A DNA stretch of 64,000 nt from Eledone cirrhosa. Lineage: Eukaryota. The position numbers and the translations under genes were made by a program. The notes below the pieces were generated by a model. That model did no database searches and was not told the origin of the DNA. It was given only the letters and a program-made list of their open reading frames with translations. Positions within the stretch are counted from its first letter, which is position 1. Every line of letters begins with the position of its first letter. Location of the stretch: contig OZ024743.1 in assembly GCA_964016885.1 (NCBI GenBank), forward strand, positions 62,744,001-62,808,000, given 5' to 3'. Shown here piece after piece: positions 52,781 through 64,000 of this stretch.

Positions 52781-53604
52781 GTGTGGAATTCAATGTGCAA
52801 GTGAGTGTTCATCAAACCTCAGTCTTCAGCCCCTTCTGCCATGAGTTTCATTGAAAGTTCAATTCCATCGCTTGGCTTTTGCTGGTGATGTTTCCATGAA
52901 TTTTCCATAATTACTTTCACATTCTTAAAGTATATGCATAAAATGCATATATATTGCTTGATCTAAATTTTGCTCTTTTATAATTCTGTCTATATATATA
53001 CTTAAATAAGATCTATATTCACGCGTAATCATTTATGTAATAAATAATTATTTATTTTTTAAATAACGATATATAATAATGTCATATACTACAATGCATT
53101 ATATTTATAACTACACTCATAATATTAAAATATATGTGAAAAAATATATCCACTCGTATATGTAAATACATATTATATTGTTGTTTTTTAATGAATTAAT
53201 AGTTTATAATTTAATAGAATACATTATAATTCTCATCTAAATATTATAAATACTTCCATATTCTTAAAATATATATTAAGAAATTAAATAAATAAATAAG
53301 TATAATTATATCATTCTTTCTAAACCCCTGTATGTATCTTTGGGTGTATATATGTATATTTCTATATATAATTCTAAAATAACTCTACAATAATTTTTTA
53401 AAATTTAATAGTAAACCCTTAAAAAAATTTAAATAAGTATTTAAAATTTATCTAGCGTCTAAACTTAACGGCTCTTTTCAGTTTTAACGTTATCCTTATG
53501 AGCATATTTCCCTTGAGTGTTGAACATCTCTATTCACTATCCTCACTGAACTTATAACATTAAGTTCACATGAAGATATGTCACTATCTTTACACCAATT
53601 ATTA

Positions 53605-53665
53605 TATTTTATCTGATGAAAGCGTACTTAAATATTAGTACCCTTGAAATACGTATAATAAAATA
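53605..53665 (+). ncRNA. Type I hammerhead ribozyme with intact core
   Basis: Stem I tattttat/ataaaata (8/8); CTGATGA 53613-53619; stem II aagcgtact/agtaccctt (8/9); GAAA; stem III ATA-cg-TAT (palindrome ATACGTAT); triplet AUA, predicted cut after 53657. Confidence 0.8.
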
Positions 53666-53719
53666 AATATGGTTTTATAAAGATATTTTCCATTTATTAA
53701 TATTATTGATATACATATA

Positions 53720-54021
53720 CGAGGTGTGTCAGAAAAGTTCCAGGACTGATGTCACAAAAGATTTATTTCAAACCCAAACTTCACACTAAGAGTTTTCTCC
53801 TTCAAAGTAATCCCCCTGGAGTATGTAACTGTAATCTTAGCTCTCTGCAGCGATCAAACTTTTTCTTCATAATTTTATATACATGTCCTCTGTTTCAGGT
53901 CGTCAAGCAATGAGCACAGAGTAACGAACAAACTTGAAGTTTCTTGTACGGTTGGGGAAAACTCTGTCAGAAGCACTGGGATTGCTGCAGCAAGTGTATG
54001 GAAATGAGACGATGTCTTAGA
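53720..54021 (+). mobile_element. mariner 5' fragment (TIR plus transposase N-terminal HTH)
   Basis: TA-cgaggtgtgtcagaaaagttcc TIR-like start; MSTE*RTNLKFLVRLGKTLSEALGLLQQVYGNETMS. Confidence 0.8.
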
Positions 54022-55159
54022 GTTATAGTGGCTAGTACTTTTATTATTTTTCCTCATGGCCATATTATGAGAAATAATGTTGTAACTATGTGATTTTATA
54101 GTTAGGAATTCAATCCCATTCTTATGTCCTGATTTAGCTAAGGCCTCATTATAGTATTGTGAATTATTGTTAAATATGGTTTCATTATATGATAGATTAG
54201 AGATTCTATTAGATATTCCTTTAGTAATTGAGTTTAATATGGATTTAGGGTGGTTAGAGTTGGTTGGTATTCACATAAATTAGTTTTTCGTTAGGTTTAT
54301 GAAAGTGTGTGTATATTTTAGAGTCTAGGCAAAGGGTAGCATCTAGGAAGTTAACGTTTTTAGTGTTTTTATCTAAGGTGATACTTAAGTTGAAGTTTTT
54401 GAAAATTTTATGTAATTGTTTCCTAGTTTTTTTCTATATTAAATTTTTTATAGTCTATAAGGAGTAGTGCATCATCGCGGTATAAACCACCATTGAGGTA
54501 GGATAGGTTCTTATGAATTTCATTTAGTAGATATAGGCCCACCAAATCAGTGACCTGCGCCGAGTCACTAGATCCTATAGTTATGTCAAAGTTGTTATGC
54601 GTATCCTTGCGGGTCAATAATTGGTCTTCAAATGTAATTATGGTTTTTCGGGCCGCAAGTATGACTTCAATTTGGGATCTAGTCAGGTCGCTATTGTTCA
54701 TGGCCATAATTAAAGCCTTATTTAATAGGATAGAGGAAATAGAGGTGTAGTATGAATTGATATCAAATTGTATAAATTTTTTATTTTTACTCTATTTAAT
54801 ATCCTTGAATCATTCAATAACTTCACCTGTATTTCCCCATTGGTGAAGGTATATTTTGTGCTTAAATTGTGGGATGATTCAATCTAATATTTTCTTGCTG
54901 ATTATACCAATGTCAGATTTGGAAGGGCAAATTAGTCTTATTGAAGGGTTACTAATGAAGTCTTCTTTATGGTCCTTCAGAGAGAATCTTGGGGGGTGGG
55001 GGTTAGGGGTGTATGGCTGTGTATGTCTCTGAAGTCCCAATTTACACACTATACTACGGCCTTCTATATTTATATCTTCTAGGTTTTTAGTAGTAGTTTT
55101 CCTGTAGCTCCTATGTAGTGCCTTATATATAAATTTTCTATAAGTATCATAATCTAAGC

Positions 55160-57605
55160 CACAGGTTCTCAACCCATTTAGGCCAAACGCTCCCTTTTGT
55201 CCCTTGAAATCACGAAACGCTGATTTTGATATCAGTAGATTAATAAAAAAATTGATTAACAATATTCAGAAAGCTGAGAGTATAAATACATTCCTTGAAA
55301 GGAAATAAATAAATTTCAAAAAAAGGAACATAAATGTTATATTCCCACCAGGCGATACCAGCTATTTTGAACATTTATACAAGAGCAACTCTGTCTATGC
55401 CAAGAGTGCTCTTATCTGGAAGAAAGTGGCAATTATATAATTTCAAAGCTTTCCAATTTTCCCTTTAATGAAACAGACAGAATAAATGTTGATATCAAAC
55501 TTGATGTCCCCCTGCTTTGTGAGCTTAGAGACCACGGAAGAGGGTTTTCATGACCACGCGGGAGGGTATATTTATTAATAAATGGTAAAATATATACAAC
55601 AAATGAGTAAGTGAATTGTAGTAGATGGTTTCCAGTCCAGTCAGACTGCAACTACAAATAAAAATTGTTAGTTTGCTTTGTTACAATAGCATATCCAAGT
55701 TTTCGTATAAATCAACTTACTTTAACTTATTTCAATTGGACCCTTGAGCTTCATAGAGTCTAGCTAACTCTTTGACGTGAGGCTGAATTTTCCTAATATA
55801 TAGCCAGAAATGTGTAATTACATTGTAGCGGTTGCGAGCCTTACTGTGTAGTCTGGAAACAACACCAAACCTCCTCTTGGCTAAGTATGAGCTTGGAAAA
55901 GGCTCTTAGCCTCTGCATGTAGGTGTGGAAATCAATGCTGAATTTCCTCTTGCATCCCAAAAAGGGGTTCACCTATTTTAGGAAATCTAATTTTGATCAT
56001 GTCATCTGCTTGAAGTTCAATGAATTCTTCCTGAAATTTAACGTCCAAATCGTCGATGTTAGCTATGAAAGCATATGCTATCCACATTGGGATGTCCATC
56101 GGCAAAAGGTTGACAAACCGTTCTCTCATGTTGTCTTGTAGTGCACGGAGGTGAGTGGTATAAATTTGGAGTTGGTCATCGCTTACAGTGTTTTGAACAT
56201 TGGCGACACTAGGAAAATTATAGAATTCCCGTCAACAAAGATTCCTTTCGATGACATTCAATTTGGCCAGGAATGTTTTCACAGCATTCCTTGCTTTAAG
56301 CAAGGTGATCTTCTCCCCCTGCAAAGCCAAAATGACGCTATTGCATTTGTCGAAGATGTTGGTGAGGTAGGTGCAGTCGAGGGTTTTCTTGTACAGTTCT
56401 GTGATAGTCAAACAGTTCAAAGAAGTGAGTAAGGCACTTGCCCATTGAAAGCCACCTCACTTCAGTATGAAGGAGCAACTTGATAAATTCTTCGTCATTA
56501 TCTTGGCACAGTTGCTGGAAAATTCGTTCATTGAGGGAATGGCGTTTGATAAAATTGATGACATCAATGGCCACCTGCAAGGACTTGCTCAGAGGCTTGC
56601 TGAATTTCTTCGCAGCCAAGTCTTGTCGATGAACGACACAATGAACAGCAAATACAGATAGATTTTCTCTCTTCAGAAGAGTGACGATACCCCTAAGTTG
56701 GCCGACCATTGCTCTTGCGTCGTACGTAGCACATGATACAATGTGTGTTGTATGTGGTCCTAGATGTATGTATTACCTGCCTGTGTGTTGTATGTAGTCC
56801 TAGATGTATGTATTACCTGCTTATGTATTGCATGTGGTCCCAGCTGTATGTATTACCTGCTTGTCTGTTGTATGTGGTCCTAGATGTGTGTATTACCTCC
56901 TTATGTGCTGTATGTGGTCCTAGATGTATGTATTACCTGATGGTGTTGTATGTGGTCCTAGATGTTTGTATTACCTGATTATGTGTTATGTGGTCCTAGA
57001 TGTTTGTATTACCTGCTTATGTGTTGTATGTGGTCCTAGATGTATGTATTACCTGCTTATGTGTTGTATGTGGTATTAGATGCATGTATTACCTGCTTAT
57101 GTGTTGTATGTGGTCCTAGATGTGTGTGCTACCCGCTTCTGTGTTTTCTTTCTTTTTTTTTATTTGTAATATTATTTATACAATAGGGAATAAAGTAGAT
57201 CTACATAGTGTTAACTCATTACGGTTGAGTCAATAATTTCAGACATGAAATGCATTGTTATCGGTGAAGGAAAGATAAAATTCTAACTGGCTGCATTCAA
57301 AGTTTCCGTTGACCCAGATAACTGTGGGTTTTTTCATTTTTAGGATCTCAATTAGCGGTTAATGTCTAGACACGCCTGCACACCTGCAGCCAGACTATAG
57401 TTATGCAGTCTGCAAGGTCATTCAAATGCATTCACACTGGCTGTCTCAAAGACATACAAATATGGCTTATAAAACTTACCAAAGTAAAGAGTCTTCCAGC
57501 CCCCCCCCCCCCCCCCCCCCCTCCTAACGCGACCTTACTCCCAAACTTCCCCTGGAGTTCTGAAACACCCCCTGGGGGTGCATATGCCCCCCGTTGAGAA
57601 CCTTG
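55160..57605 (-). mobile_element. hAT (Buster/Charlie) element with perfect 8-bp TSD
   Basis: ATCTAAGC at 55152-55159 and 57606-57613; TIRs cacaggttctcaac / gttgagaaccttg; transposase remnant HCVVHRQDLAAK, LLLHTEVRWLSMG, YLTNIF..N...ALQG, ERF..L, FPSSYL. Confidence 0.93.
56742..57145. repeat. 40-bp minisatellite (~10 copies) inside the hAT element
   Basis: tgttgtatgtggtcctagatgtatgtattacctgcttatg unit. Confidence 0.95.
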
Positions 57606-57744
57606 ATCTAAGCTATATATATTATTAGTTTTATCTGCATGTACTAGGATTTTTTTTTTTCATTAATAAAACGAGTTTGGAAGGAACGATTGTCAGCTAT
57701 TAAATGATTGGAACAACTTTTATAATTGACTAATTTATTTATTT

Positions 57745-63708
<5,964 letters not shown>

Positions 63709-63834
63709 AAAAAAAAAAAAAAAAATCACTTATTGACACTTATACGTACGACATACACACACACATACATATGCGCGCACACAGCAACACTCATACATAC
63801 AACAAACACACACAGACGCTACTCTACTCACTTA

Positions 63835-63875
63835 CATATATATATATATACATATATATACATATATATACATAT

Positions 63876-63909
<34 letters not shown>

Positions 63910-64000
63910 CATATACATATATACATATATATATATATACATATACATATATATATATATACATATATATATATACATATATATATATATACATATACAT
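63835..64000. repeat. (TA)n/(TACA) microsatellite
   Basis: Seen directly. Confidence 0.95.

Larger units (their letters stand above)
54022..57720 (-). mobile_element. Penelope-like RT remnant split by a hAT insertion (segments 57614-57720 and 54022-55159)
   Basis: Removing the hAT rejoins ILVHADKTNNIYS|LDYDTYRK; then LKDHKEDF...IRLICPSKSDIGIISKKILD, QWGNT, FIQFDI, FDITIGSSDSAQVTDLVGLYLL, GLYRDDAL, VNFLD, SNHPKS. Confidence 0.85.

Noticed and set aside
56742-57145. Second CRISPR-like array
   Set aside because: Contiguous 40-bp minisatellite without spacers.

Overview
AT-rich, repeat-dense animal genomic DNA, not prokaryotic. The SINE/LINE repertoire and microsatellite style suggest an octopod cephalopod (inference). 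There are two convergent host genes, each with a single coding exon: an Ikaros/Hunchback-type C2H2 zinc-finger gene (+, 34192-35115) and a LicD/fukutin-family type II membrane nucleotidyltransferase (-, 44240-45061). The rest is mostly nested transposons: three Penelope-like element (PLE) remnants, CR1/L2-group LINEs, an RTE family with a PHD finger inserted in its RT, a near full-length RTE with three C-terminal C2H2 fingers interrupted by an R4/Dong element, a CRE-clade element, a Gypsy pol fragment, two Buster-type hAT elements with 8-bp TSDs, mariner/Tc1 and TTAA MITEs, Helitron-like ends, Deu/Nin-like tRNA SINEs, very long interrupted (TA)n arrays and a 200-N gap. Main observations: two hammerhead ribozyme motifs with intact cores (1897-1950, 53605-53665) plus a decayed third; a PLE family with no visible endonuclease after the RT; a PHD finger inside an RTE RT; a degenerate minisatellite seeded by the last zinc finger and stop codon of the Ikaros-like gene; an 11-nt complementarity between the 5' and 3' UTRs of the RTE; and a Gypsy pol that stays open through several in-frame indels. 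All family assignments come from motif recognition by eye, not database searches.
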